Virus record (IMG/VR): IMGVR_UViG_3300046170_000302
Length of the DNA: 64,000 nt
Origin: a virus
Taxonomy: Duplodnaviria; Caudoviricetes
Strand: one strand, 5' to 3'
Shown: piece by piece, positions 20,167 through 31,000 of the stretch
Numbering within the stretch: the stretch's first letter is position 1
Layout of the letters: the number at the start of each line of letters is the position of its first letter
Program-made: the position numbers and the translations under genes
Notes under the pieces: generated by a model
The model's input: the letters and a program-made list of their open reading frames with translations, nothing else
The model's database searches: none
Told to the model about the DNA's origin: nothing

Positions 20167-22198
20167 ATGACGAGAGACGTATTTAAAGTATTTTAAACAC
20201 GTAAGGTCTCTCCAAGAAGATAAAGGAGCTGAGAAAGCAGCAGAGCTTGGTTATCAACACCAGGCTCGTGGTGTGTATATCTAGATCCTAAAACTCAGAA
20301 GAGATACAAGAATGTTGGCGATAAGTTAGAACCTATCGTTGTTGAACCAACTGCTGATAAAGGTAGTGGTGAAGAGAAACCTGCTGGTAAGCCATTAAGT
20401 CAGTTTAGAAAAGATGCTGCAGCATCACAACCTACTCCTACTGCACTTCCACAAATTCCTGATGGAGTTAGTGACGATGAGTTTGCTGCAGCCAAGGCAA
20501 AAGAATTTACTGGTGGTAGAGATGTAACACCAGAAAGAAAGGAGTTCCTTGATAAAGTATCTAAGACACTGGTTGCATTAGGGCAATCGTCAGGCAGGCA
20601 GCTGAGGTAACTGATGAAGAGAACCTGAAACACCAGAAGAAGAACCTAAGGCAACTGAAGAACCAGAGAAAACTGCTGACGACTTTCCTACTTTAGATGA
20701 TAAAATTGCTGAAAAGGATGGTGAGGAGGAACTAAACAAAGTGAATGAAGTAGATGCCTTGATGAATGAGGAACCATCCGCAGAAAATATTGCTGATCTT
20801 CAAGACACAATGTTAGAACTTAGAAAACTGACTGGCAAGCAATCAACAGATGCTGTCCAGAAAAGTGAAGCAAAATATGCCAAATACATGGATAAAGTCT
20901 TCAAACCTTTTGAGGATCTTGTTAATAGTATGGATGAAAAGAAACAAAATTCTTTTGCCGCACTGGTCGCTAATGCACATAAGTTCACCGGTAGATCAAA
21001 CAATGGTGCAGGATTGAATTCATTGGGTCAGTTTGACGTTAAACAACTTGCACTAGCAAAGAAAAGAATGTTTGATAATTATGATTTTGATGACAAGGAA
21101 AGTGTAGAGAAGTATGTTAGAAGTGTGAGGAATAATGAAGTAACTGATGAACTAGTGGATACATCATTTGAAATCTTACCTAAGAAACTTAAACAGACCT
21201 GGGGCAAAAAAGGTATGGCAGGTAAGGGAGAACTTGGGAAAAATCATTTCTTGGGCTATGATAAAAAAGGAAAAGAGATGAGAGGACAGGGTGGTGTAGA
21301 TAGAGCCAAGTATGTTTGGAGAATGTATTTGGAACAAGGTGGTGTAGATGCTTACACGGGTCTTCCTCTCAATATTGATAATATTGACCTTGAGCATATC
21401 CGACCCGCATCAAAAGCAGAAGGTGATTTGGATGAGTTTAGAACAAGAGAGCATGAAAAGAACTGGGTTCTTGTGAATAGTAATGTTAATCAAGCCAAAA
21501 GTGATCTTACTATGAATGAGTTTTTTGAAAAACAAGTTGATCCTTTATCTTCAAAGGGTGACGACTATTGGAAAACTCGTTCAGAAATCTTTGACTATAG
21601 AAACTCTATTCCATCAAAAGAATCTGAACTTATGAGTTCATTTGTTGATAAAGATGCGAATATTGTTGAGAGTATGACAGGTGAACTTTTTATGGAGATG
21701 ATGGAGAACCACGAATCTGGACTTAAGAATACCAAGAAAGAACTTGGTATTGGTGCAGACTCAAGTGGTGATAAAGAGATTAAAGATGCTTGGAAATCGA
21801 TTGAAACTCAGTCCAAGTTAGCAAAGGAACTCACTACTGTATTGGGATTGCCTAGAGGATATAACAAACAAAAGAATGTTGAGGGATCTAAACCAAGATC
21901 AAATTCTATGGGATCTGATAATTATTATCGTGGAGTATTTCTCTCTATAATTGGCAAATCTCCTGAAGAACAGGAAAAGATTAAGAATACTTATCGTGAT
22001 GCAATTAGACATGCAGAAGATTCTGGTGGTGGGGATGCTGCCTTTGCTTCGTATATGGTTGAGAATGGGGGTGTGGATATGGAAAGAATAAACAAGTACA
22101 AAGCTCTTTCTAAAATATTCAAACCTCTTCAAGAAAGCATTAATTATGGAAGAATGACTATTGATAAGTTGAAAAAATCATTAAGAAATCCCTTTTGA
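20167..22198 (+). CDS. Large protein with head-protein-like leader and Cas9-type HNH nuclease domain (several indels in the first 600 nt)
   Basis: Hand-read N-terminus ...RSLQE-DKGAEKAAELGYQHQARGVY.DPKT; ORF 20741..22198 has MYLEQGGVDAYTGLPLNIDNIDLEHIRP...NWVLVNSNVNQAKSD. Confidence 0.65.
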
Positions 22199-22199
22199 C

Positions 22200-22228
22200 T
22201 TGACACAGGGGTCAAGGTGTGTTAGTAT
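22200..22228 (+). promoter_or_regulatory. Sigma-70-type promoter for the phage sigma factor
   Basis: TTGACA-17 nt-TAGTAT with extended -10 TG. Confidence 0.8.
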
Positions 22229-22252
22229 TGTCGTATAGTAAAAAAGTCATTA

Positions 22253-22933
22253 ATGTCCGTTAGTCTAAGACTCTCTCATATTGAGGAGATTGAGTTGTGT
22301 AAGTCAGCACAACAGGGTTGTGAGAAGTCCATGGAGAAGATGGTGACTCATAATCTTGGTCTGGTAAGTAAACTTGCCAAGAAAATGTATTACAAGAATG
22401 AGCAGTTCTCCTATGAGGATATGTTCCAAGAAGGTGTCATCGGTTTGATGAAAGCCATTCGTAAGTTTGATCCAAAAGAAGGTTGTAGGTTTTCTACTTA
22501 CTCTTACTATTGGATCTATTGTTTTGTAAGTAAGTTTCACACCAATCACTATGGTAGAGTTCGTGTTCCTTCACATGTAAAAGAGAAGCTCCGTAAGTTG
22601 GAGAAGACTGATATTAAAGGTTTCACTACATTGAAGAACTCACTTCCTTATGTTGTGTCAATGAACTCATCGATTGGTGATAGTTCAACACTTGAAGATC
22701 TTATCTCAGATGACTATTATAGAGAACTTGATTGTGAAGTAGAAGTTGTTATTGATCAGATGAGAAAGGTTCTGAACGAACGTGAATACAGTGTAATGTG
22801 TCATCGTTATGGTTTGGATGGTAAAGATCAAATGACACAACGTGAGTGTGGTAAGGTATTTGGTGTAAGTTACGCCATGATCCACTTGATTGAGAAGAAA
22901 TCACTAGATAAACTTAGAAGATATTTCAACTGA
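22253..22933 (+). CDS. Sigma-70-family RNA polymerase sigma factor
   Basis: Region 2 NLGLVSKLAKK..YEDMFQEGVIGLMKAIRKFDPKEGCRFSTYSYYW; region 4 LNEREYSVMCHRYGL..MTQRECGKVFGVS..IHLIEKKSLDKLR. Confidence 0.9.
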   Translation: MSVSLRLSHIEEIELCKSAQQGCEKSMEKMVTHNLGLVSKLAKKMYYKNEQFSYEDMFQEGVIGLMKAIRKFDPKEGCRFSTYSYYWIYCFVSKFHTNHYGRVRVPSHVKEKLRKLEKTDIKGFTTLKNSLPYVVSMNSSIGDSSTLEDLISDDYYRELDCEVEVVIDQMRKVLNEREYSVMCHRYGLDGKDQMTQRECGKVFGVSYAMIHLIEKKSLDKLRRYFN

Positions 22934-22961
22934 TAAATACTACTATGGTTGTATGTAGAAG

Positions 22962-24232
22962 ATGAAAGATTTTTTCAACTTCCTTTCGGAGGCTAGAGTA
23001 TCTAAAGCTGCTGAGAAGGCAAAGAAACTTGGCCTCACTAGTGATGGATCAGGTGGATGGGTAGATAGACAAGGTAATGTTCAAGCAAGAACTGTAGGTG
23101 GGGAACTAGTATTCTCACAGAAGAAAGGACCAACTGCAGAGAGAGAAACGGCAGGAAGAGTTGCCGCAACTAAGGAAGATCCTAAGGCACAATCTCAACA
23201 ACAGGCAGAACCTGAGGTTGAGAAGAGTAAGGATGATCAAACTGATGGTGATATGAAGAATGGGGAGACAATCACCCTAGTCTTCGGTAGGTTTAATCCA
23301 CCAACAGTTGGTCATGAGAAGTTACTTAATGGTGCAAAGAGTATTGCAGGTGGTTCAGAACTGAGGATTTATCCATCAAGATCCACTGATCCTAAGAAGA
23401 AACCCTTTGGAACCAGGTGAAAAAACTAATATGATGAAGCAAATGTTCCCTGATCATAAGGAGAGTATTGTTAATGATGAAGGTATCAAGACTATCTTTG
23501 ATGCTCTTAAGTTAGCAGATGATGAGGGATATTCTAATGTCAAAATCGTAGTTGGATCTGATAGAGTATCTGAGTTTGATAGTCTGGCTCAAAAATACAA
23601 TGGTAAGTTGTATAACTTTGATGAAATTGAGACTATTTCTGCTGGTGATAGAGATGCAGAAGGTGAAGGTGTAGAAGGAATGTCAGCCTCTAAGATGAGA
23701 CAGGCTGCATCAGAGGATGATTTTGAGGCATTCAGACAGGGTATTCCATCATCGCTGGATGACAAAACTGCAAGACAGTTGATGAGTACTGTTCGTAAGA
23801 GAATGAAAGTTACTACAGAGTCTTGGGGTCTGTGGGAGATTGCACCTAAGTTTGATTGGAGAAACCTCCGTGAGAACTATGTAACTGGTAAAATCTTTAA
23901 CATTAGTTCTTTGGTTGAGAACCTTAAACACTGGTTTGGTTGGTAAAGTTATCCGTAGAGGAACCAACTATCTAATCTGTGTGACAGAGGATAATATTAT
24001 GTTCAAGTCTTGGGTAAGAGATCTCAAGGAATATACTGAAGTCAAGATGGATAGTGAGATGAGAGATAAGACTCATCCAAATACTTTGGTTGGAACTTCT
24101 GGTAACTTCAAGAGAGTTGCAAAACTCACACCTGGTTTTGAGAAGGGCGACCCCACTAATCTACAAGATGGTGGTAAGCCATATAAGGGTTACGATATCA
24201 GAAACTTCATAAATAAGAATAAGAAAAAGTAG
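22962..24232 (+). CDS. HIGH-motif nucleotidyltransferase (often annotated as cytidyltransferase) with capsid-targeting-like N-terminus; frameshifts near 23410 and 23930
   Basis: FGRFNPPTVGHEKL; IVVGSDR; MSASKMR; N-terminus MKDFFNFLSE; late-like GATAAATA at 22932. Confidence 0.85.
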
Positions 24233-24240
24233 TCAAAGAA

Positions 24241-25353
24241 ATGATTAACCCTCTTAATGAATTGTCTTCTGTGTATATGCAGGACATTTCAGAAAAAAAG
24301 AAGTGTGATGAAAAACTCCCACAGGGTGATAGTGTAGATGGTGGAGATGCTGCTAAGCCTGGTAAGGATAAGAACTATGTGAAGCCTATGGCTACAGAAG
24401 GTCATTGTGCTGTTGATGGTGTTGAGTGTTCTCCAACAGAGAAGAAGAAAGACTCTAAGAGAATGAAGAAAGAAAGTGCATATTCAAATTGGAGAAATGA
24501 TTCACAAGATCTCCTAGAAGTCATTGGTGGCGCATATGGTGGAGTTGCCGGTATTGACGGTGAGAAAAATCTTGAGAACCCTAAGGCCAAGAAAGCTTCT
24601 AAGTCTAACTGAGAAGAATTGTTGAGAAAGAGTGTAAAGAATAAGATTATTATTAATCCACCTCAAGGTATGAAAGAAGCTTTTGCTGAGCTGGGTGGTG
24701 TTATTACAGAGATGTATGAGATCACTGAGAAAATTGATATCAAAAAGGCTGATATGGGTGATGTTGTAAAGGACTTCCGTAAGTCTGATGCACCTCAGTT
24801 TAAAGGTAAGTCGGATAAGAAGAAACAAGAAATGGCTGTTGCAGCTAAACTAGCTACTGAGGAGACTGAAGAAGAGAAGAAGAAGAGAGAGCTTTTGGCT
24901 AAGACCAAGGAACATGATGATAAACAGTCAGGTAAGTTGGCTGAGGCTGATATGACTGGAGCTCCTTCTATCAAAAATATGAAACCAGCAAGAAAAACTA
25001 ATGTGAAGTATGATCCTCACATGAAAGTTATGGCTCCTACCATTAAGGCAGAGGGTAGAGCACTGGCTGGTGTTCTTTCTACCATCAGAGCCAAGAATGG
25101 AATCAGAACTGTAACAGCCAAGGGAGCTGATAAACTACAGGATAAGAAAGAGAAGACTATGGGCGAAGAGATGAGTATCAAGGACCAGATGAGAATCTCC
25201 CGTGAGGCAGCTAAGAATCGTAATCCTAATCCTGACCACAGAAAGATTAATGCTATGAGGGCATCTAACCAGAAGAAAGATAATAGAACTGATGCACAGA
25301 AGATGACTGATGCTACTGGACCTAGACCTGGATCTAACTACAGAGGAGACTGA
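24241..25353 (+). CDS. Highly charged probable internal head protein (frameshift near 24590)
   Basis: ORFs 24241..24612 and 24619..25353 join; K/E-rich with repeated x-E processing-like sites. Confidence 0.6.
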
Positions 25354-25835
25354 TGCAAGTTGGAACTGGAGGATTTACTAATAGTTCTCCTGCACAAGGA
25401 CCAGTTGCTGGTATAGACACAAAGTTGTTCAAGGGCGAAGATGATCTTCTGGATCAAGATTATCAAACCCCTGGACAATCAGGTCAAGCCAAGTGGAGAT
25501 TTTCTAATGTCTATCCTGTTCAGAGAGTAGGGTTACAAGATGTTGATGCAATGGTTGATGCATCTAAAGAGTATGTTAAGATGGTGGATGAATCAGCCTA
25601 TCAACGTATCCGTCAGGTCTTCAATCAAGTGAGGTTAGAACAAAAGATGAGAGAGAACTACGATCTTAAACGTGAAAAAAGACTTGATGATCAAGAGAGG
25701 AAACATAAAGAGCAAGATGAAAGAATGAAGTATGGTAAGAAAGGTTTTAATCAATATCAAAAAGATTCACTGAGACCTGGTGAAGTGAAAAGGTATGACA
25801 AAATGAAGAAGAAGTGGGTATCAAATAAAGATTGA
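25353..25835 (+). CDS. Hypothetical protein, possibly head-associated
   Basis: GGFTNSSPAQGPVAG repeat-like motif, shared with ORF 27039. Confidence 0.65.
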   Translation: MQVGTGGFTNSSPAQGPVAGIDTKLFKGEDDLLDQDYQTPGQSGQAKWRFSNVYPVQRVGLQDVDAMVDASKEYVKMVDESAYQRIRQVFNQVRLEQKMRENYDLKREKRLDDQERKHKEQDERMKYGKKGFNQYQKDSLRPGEVKRYDKMKKKWVSNKD

Positions 25836-25866
25836 TTTATATATAGTGTAGTTATGAATTATTACT

Positions 25867-26067
25867 ATGCTATCCTTTCTACTACCATTAGCAGCAAAGA
25901 TTATTAAAGATGCTGTTGCAAATATTCCCGAGAATGAAGAACTGGGTGAGAAAATGGTTGAGATCTGTCTTGTTATTCTTTCTAAGGCAGTTAAGCTGAC
26001 CAAGACTGATATGGACGATCAACTTCTTGAGGTTGTCACAAAGGCAATAAATAATAGAGAAGAATGA
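25867..26067 (+). CDS. Hypothetical protein
   Basis: MLSFLLPLAAKII...AVKLTKTDMDDQLLE. Confidence 0.75.
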   Translation: MLSFLLPLAAKIIKDAVANIPENEELGEKMVEICLVILSKAVKLTKTDMDDQLLEVVTKAINNREE

Positions 26068-26100
26068 TAAATGAACCCCCTATTAGGGGTTCTATTTTTT

Positions 26101-26108
26101 TATAAATA
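26101..26108 (+). promoter_or_regulatory. T4-type late promoter TATAAATA
   Basis: Exact consensus ~36 nt upstream of ORF 26144. Confidence 0.75.
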
Positions 26109-26143
26109 TTTACTAACATAACAAAGTTTATTAAGGCAGAAAC

Positions 26144-26662
26144 ATGGCACTTTGGGGAAATAACGATAACGTAGGATCGACGGGTACCGTTGCCCTGAAC
26201 TACTCTACGGGCGTCGTAACAGGAACTGGCACAACGTTCGGTCAAGTGGGTGCAGCATCAACTGGTGATGTTATTCGATTCGGTGCCCGTGGTGGTGCCT
26301 ATTTTGGTGATGCAGTCATTGTTAGTATCGCTTCTACTATTTCTTGCACGATTGGTTCGACCATGGGTCTGACTGGTGGTGCTATTAGTGGAGCTCAATT
26401 TAAAGTATCTCAACTTCCTAAGTCTAGCATTAAGGATTCTACTTACTCTAAGAAAGGAACACTATCAGGAGATTCTTTGGTTTACGGTGTGGCTAATGCT
26501 GGAGGAGTGATTCCTTCATATCATGTCACAGCAGAAGGTTGGGTTGGTGTTACTACATATAATGACTCACAAGGAAATCTGAGAGTTAAGAAAGAGACTT
26601 TAGTTGCCATGTCTGGTATTACAACTGGAGCTGGATCTATTGTATATCCTACTAACAAATGA
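26144..26662 (+). CDS. Probable virion structural protein (Gly/Thr-rich)
   Basis: MALWGNND; GTGTTF; KKETLVAMSGI; late promoter upstream. Confidence 0.7.
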   Translation: MALWGNNDNVGSTGTVALNYSTGVVTGTGTTFGQVGAASTGDVIRFGARGGAYFGDAVIVSIASTISCTIGSTMGLTGGAISGAQFKVSQLPKSSIKDSTYSKKGTLSGDSLVYGVANAGGVIPSYHVTAEGWVGVTTYNDSQGNLRVKKETLVAMSGITTGAGSIVYPTNK

Positions 26663-26665
26663 TAA

Positions 26666-27058
26666 ATGATATTTAATGAATTGAACGCAGATAACTTTCT
26701 GCTATTCGCTATTAAAAATTATGAGAATCCTCAGGCAGTCAGTGTTGATGACTTTGAAAAAGATTTAAACATCTTTCGATACATCAAACGACTCCTGAGG
26801 AAGTATAAAAATGGTTCAGGTCTGAAGGTTCATCTTCTAATAAACCATTTTATTATTCTTTATAATATCTTTGGAGATGCTGCGACACCCATGCTTTTCT
26901 TTAAGCTGGATGAGGATTTGTGGCCTTCACTGAAGGCTTTTGTCTTATTCTTAGATAGATTACCAGATTACCCGAGAACATCTTTACATGAACTTGAGGT
27001 AGATGAATATTGTTTAGAAGAACTCAGAGGTATTACTGATGGAAAGGGGGAAAATTGA
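26666..27058 (+). CDS. Conserved T4-like hypothetical protein
   Basis: MIFNELNADNFLLFAIKNYENPQ...HLLINHFIILYNIFG. Confidence 0.8.
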   Translation: MIFNELNADNFLLFAIKNYENPQAVSVDDFEKDLNIFRYIKRLLRKYKNGSGLKVHLLINHFIILYNIFGDAATPMLFFKLDEDLWPSLKAFVLFLDRLPDYPRTSLHELEVDEYCLEELRGITDGKGEN

Positions 27059-27350
27059 TAGGGTAATCGATGCATTTCGATCTGCCATGTATCAAGAGTT
27101 CAGTGTAAGTGAAGAAGGAATGGTAGCTAATCCTCCTGGTGGATCCGGTGGGTTTAGTGGATCTTCTGATGCAAAAGGACCAACTGCTGGTTATGATAAA
27201 CCAATGAAGTTTGATGGTCGTAATAAGTTTGTAAGAAAAGCTATCAGTGACCTGATGAGTAGAAAGGAAAAAAGAGAAAATAGAAAAAATAAAAAGAAAG
27301 CATTAGAGTTCAACCCCTACTTTAAGCCTCAAGATGGACGATCAAGTTAA
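27039..27350 (+). CDS. Hypothetical protein
   Basis: GGSGGFSGSSDAKGPTAGYD motif. Confidence 0.65.
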   Translation: MERGKIDRVIDAFRSAMYQEFSVSEEGMVANPPGGSGGFSGSSDAKGPTAGYDKPMKFDGRNKFVRKAISDLMSRKEKRENRKNKKKALEFNPYFKPQDGRSS

Positions 27351-27708
27351 GTTGGCTATACTACAGCAGAGAGTTGATGACATCAAACCTCTGTTAGATA
27401 AATTAGACGTAACTATTGAAAAACTTTCTGAGGTAAATACAACAGTTAGCAGAATGCTTGCTGTCCATGAAGAAAGATTATCAAAGTCAGAAGAGATTGA
27501 CTCTGTATTATTTGCAAAGATTGACGAACTCCGTGATAAAATGGACTCAGATCATAACAGTGTCTTGTCAAGACTACAGGATCTAGAGAAAAAGGTTTGG
27601 GTTGCTATCGGGTGCGTAGTAGCTGTGTCTTTTATAGCACAAACCAATTGGTTCGACTTGACTCCACCATCAGAAGTTGGTAAAATAACGAGTAGTTATA
27701 TCAAGTGA
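27334..27708 (+). CDS. Coiled-coil protein with C-terminal transmembrane helix
   Basis: LAVHEERL; KVWVAIGCVVAVSFI. Confidence 0.7.
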   Translation: MDDQVKLAILQQRVDDIKPLLDKLDVTIEKLSEVNTTVSRMLAVHEERLSKSEEIDSVLFAKIDELRDKMDSDHNSVLSRLQDLEKKVWVAIGCVVAVSFIAQTNWFDLTPPSEVGKITSSYIK

Positions 27709-27709
27709 T

Positions 27710-28702
27710 ATGGATTTTATTGATGTCAAATACATCAATTTGATCTCCTCCAGACTTCAAAAGTTCAAAAGAGTAAAGCCAAAGCTTTATAACTTCCGAT
27801 GTCCCATATGTGGTGACTCTCAGAAGAATAAGAACAAAGCTAGAGGTTTTCTTTATCAGGTTAAGAACAATACTAATTTCAAGTGCCATAACTGTGGTAT
27901 CAGTGTTTCGTTTGCAAACTTCTTAAAGGATTTGGATCCTCAAACTTATAAACAATATACTTTTGAGAAGTTCAAAGAAGGTAATACTGGTAAGAACTTT
28001 GTAACAGAATCACCTGAAGATATGTTTAGTAAGATGAGAAATACTAAACCAACATTTAAGAAGAAGATTGTCATCGATCTCCCTTCTGCTTTCAGTATTC
28101 CATCGTCTAAACACTATTTGGAATCTAGAGCCATCTTGAGTGGGAACTTTTATTACGCAGAAAACTTCCAAGAGTTTGTTAATAGTATCAAACCAGGTTC
28201 ATTTGAACATCCTAAATTTGGTGAATCTAGAATTGTAATTCCTCTTGTCAGGGATGAGAAACTTATCGGGTTACAGGGCAGAGCCCTATCTACAAACCCT
28301 GTTAAATACTTAACCGTTATGTTGGATGAGGATGCCCCAAAGATCTATGGAACCGATGAGATTGACAAATCCCTTCCAGTCTATATTACAGAAGGACCAT
28401 TCGACTCTACGTTCATTCGCAACTCGGTTGCTATGTGTGGAGCTGATGTTGATGTCGTCAGTTGCGGGATTAGTAATCCTGTCTGGATATATGATAACGA
28501 ACCACGCAACTCCCAAATCACCAGAAGAATTGAACAAACAATCGATCAAGGAGATAGAGTCGTTATCTGGCCCTCCAATATTCGGGAAAAGGATATAAAT
28601 GATATGGTCTTAAGTGGACATAAAGTTCAAGAGATTGTAGACAAAAACACCTACAAAGGATTAGAAGCAAAACTAAAATTTACCAGTTGGAAAAAAGTAT
28701 GA
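27710..28702 (+). CDS. gp61: DNA primase gp61
   Basis: Zn finger CPICGDS...CHNCG; TOPRIM EGPFDS; YDNEPRN; KDINDM. Confidence 0.96.
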   Translation: MDFIDVKYINLISSRLQKFKRVKPKLYNFRCPICGDSQKNKNKARGFLYQVKNNTNFKCHNCGISVSFANFLKDLDPQTYKQYTFEKFKEGNTGKNFVTESPEDMFSKMRNTKPTFKKKIVIDLPSAFSIPSSKHYLESRAILSGNFYYAENFQEFVNSIKPGSFEHPKFGESRIVIPLVRDEKLIGLQGRALSTNPVKYLTVMLDEDAPKIYGTDEIDKSLPVYITEGPFDSTFIRNSVAMCGADVDVVSCGISNPVWIYDNEPRNSQITRRIEQTIDQGDRVVIWPSNIREKDINDMVLSGHKVQEIVDKNTYKGLEAKLKFTSWKKV

Positions 28703-31000
28703 GTAACGGTACAAAGGTTCAGAAGAGAGATGGTCGTGTTGAATCACTTGACCTGGATAAGATGCATCTTATGGTTGAAGAGGCGTGTGATGGCCTATCA
28801 AATGTGTCTGCTAGTCAGGTAGAGATGACATCTGGTATTCAGTTCTATGATGGCATTACTACTGCTGAGATCCAAGAGATTCTTATTAAGAGTGCCAGTG
28901 ACCTGATTGACTTGGATCACCCCAACTATCAGTTTGTAGCTGCAAGACTCCTTCTGTTCTCTCTTAGGAAGCAACTGTATGGTGGTAGGAGGGAGATGCC
29001 TTCCTTGATTGATCACATCACCAAACTGGCATACGATGATCACTATGATAGAGATATCTTTACAAAGTATTCACAAGAAGAGATTGAGAAGGTAGAAACT
29101 TTTATTGATCACGATCGTGATTTTCTATTCACATATGCTGGTTTGAGGCAGGTTGTGGATAAATACCTAGTACAAGATAGGAGTATTGGAAAGGTACACG
29201 AAACTCCTCAGTTCATGTATATGATGATTGCATTGACAATCTTCCGTGAGTATCCAAAAGAAACAAGACTTTCCTACGTTAGAAGATACTACGATGCCAT
29301 CTCAAAACACAGACTCAACATCCCAACGCCAATCATGGCGGGTGTCAGAACTCCCCTACGCCAGTTTGCGTCTTGTGTTCTGGTTGATGTTGATGACACC
29401 CTGGATAGCATTTTTAGTTCTGATATGGCCATTGGCCGTTATGTCGCACAAAGGGCTGGCATCGGTATCAACGCTGGCAGGATCCGTGGGATCAACAGTA
29501 AAATCAGGGGCGGAGAAGTACAGCACACTGGCGTTGTTCCTTTCCTTAAGAAGTTTGAATCAACTGTACGATGCTGTACACAAAATGGGATTCGTGGTGG
29601 CTCAGCAACAGTCCACTTCCCCATCTGGCACCAAGAAATCCAAGACATCATCGTCTTAAAGAACAACAAAGGCACAGAAGACAACAGGGTACGGAAACTT
29701 GATTACTCAATCCAAATTTCAAAGATTTTCTACGAACGTTTCATTGCGAATGGAGAGATTAGCTTGTTCTCACCGCACGACGTACCGGGTCTGTATGATG
29801 CCTTTGGTACTGACGGGTTCGATGATTTATATGTTAGTTTTGAACGAGATGAGTCTGTTCCAAGAAAGAGTATTAAAGCACAAGAACTAATCCTCGATAT
29901 TCTCAAAGAAAGAGCAGAGACCGGTCGTCTGTATCTGATGAATATTGACCATTGTAACTCTCACTCTTCTTTCAAAGATAAGATTGAGATGAGTAATCTG
30001 TGTCAAGAGATTACTCTCCCCGACATATCCTTTGTCACACATCGATGACCAGGTTGGTGAGATTGCACTGTGTATTCTCTCAGCAGTCAACGTTGGTAAG
30101 ATTAAGTCCGATGAGGAACTAGAAGACCTCTGTGACCTAGCTGTGAGGGGTCTAGACGAGTTGATTGACTATCAAGACTATCCAATCATCGCAGCTGAAC
30201 TTGCAACTAAGGCAAGAAGGTCTCTGGGTATTGGTTACATTGGATTGGCACACTACCTAGCAAAGTTGGGTTACTCCTATGATTCACAAGAGGCATGGGA
30301 TGCTGTTCATGGACTCTCTGAGTCCTTCCAGTATTACCTTCTGAAGTCTTCTAATCAGTTGGCTAAGGAGAAAGGTCACTGTGAATACTTTGGTCGCACC
30401 AAATACTCCAGTGGAACACTACCTATCGATACATATAAGAAAGATGTAGATGAACTAGTATCAACGGAGTTGCAACATGATTGGGATATGCTTAGGAATG
30501 ATATCCTCGAATACGGTCTCAGGAACTCAACACTGTCCGCACAAATGCCATCGGAAAGCAGTTCCGTTGTGTCAAACGCAACTAATGGAATCGAACCTCC
30601 TCGTGGATACTTGTCCATTAAGAAGTCCAAGAAAGGGCCTCTTAAGCAAATTGTTCCCCAGTATGCCTCATTGAAGAATAACTATACTCTTCTGTGGGAT
30701 ATGAAAGATAATGGTGGATACATTAGAATAGTAGCTGTGATGCAAAAGTTCTTCGACCAGGCAATTTCTGGTAACTGGAGTTATAATCCAGAGAACTATC
30801 CTGATAATGAGGTTCCTGTTTCCCAGATGGCAAAGGATTTTCTCACAACTTATAAATATGGTTGGAAGACATCCTACTATCAGAACACTCACGACTTAAA
30901 GTCTGATGAAGTAGATGAAGAGCCGCAGTCGAAGTTAGATGAATTGTTATTAGAACTATCACAAGCCGAGGAGGGAGAGTGTGAATCCTGTGCAGTTTAA
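28699..31000 (+). CDS. nrdA: Ribonucleotide reductase class Ia alpha subunit (frameshift near 30020-30040)
   Basis: ATP cone; TPIMAG; SCVL; SNLCQEI; MPSESSS; YQN; C-terminal CESCAV. Confidence 0.95.

Noticed and set aside
20167-22198. Cas9/IscB effector with CRISPR or omega RNA
   Set aside because: Only the HNH region resembles Cas9. No RuvC motifs, bridge helix, repeat-spacer array or adjacent non-coding space were seen.
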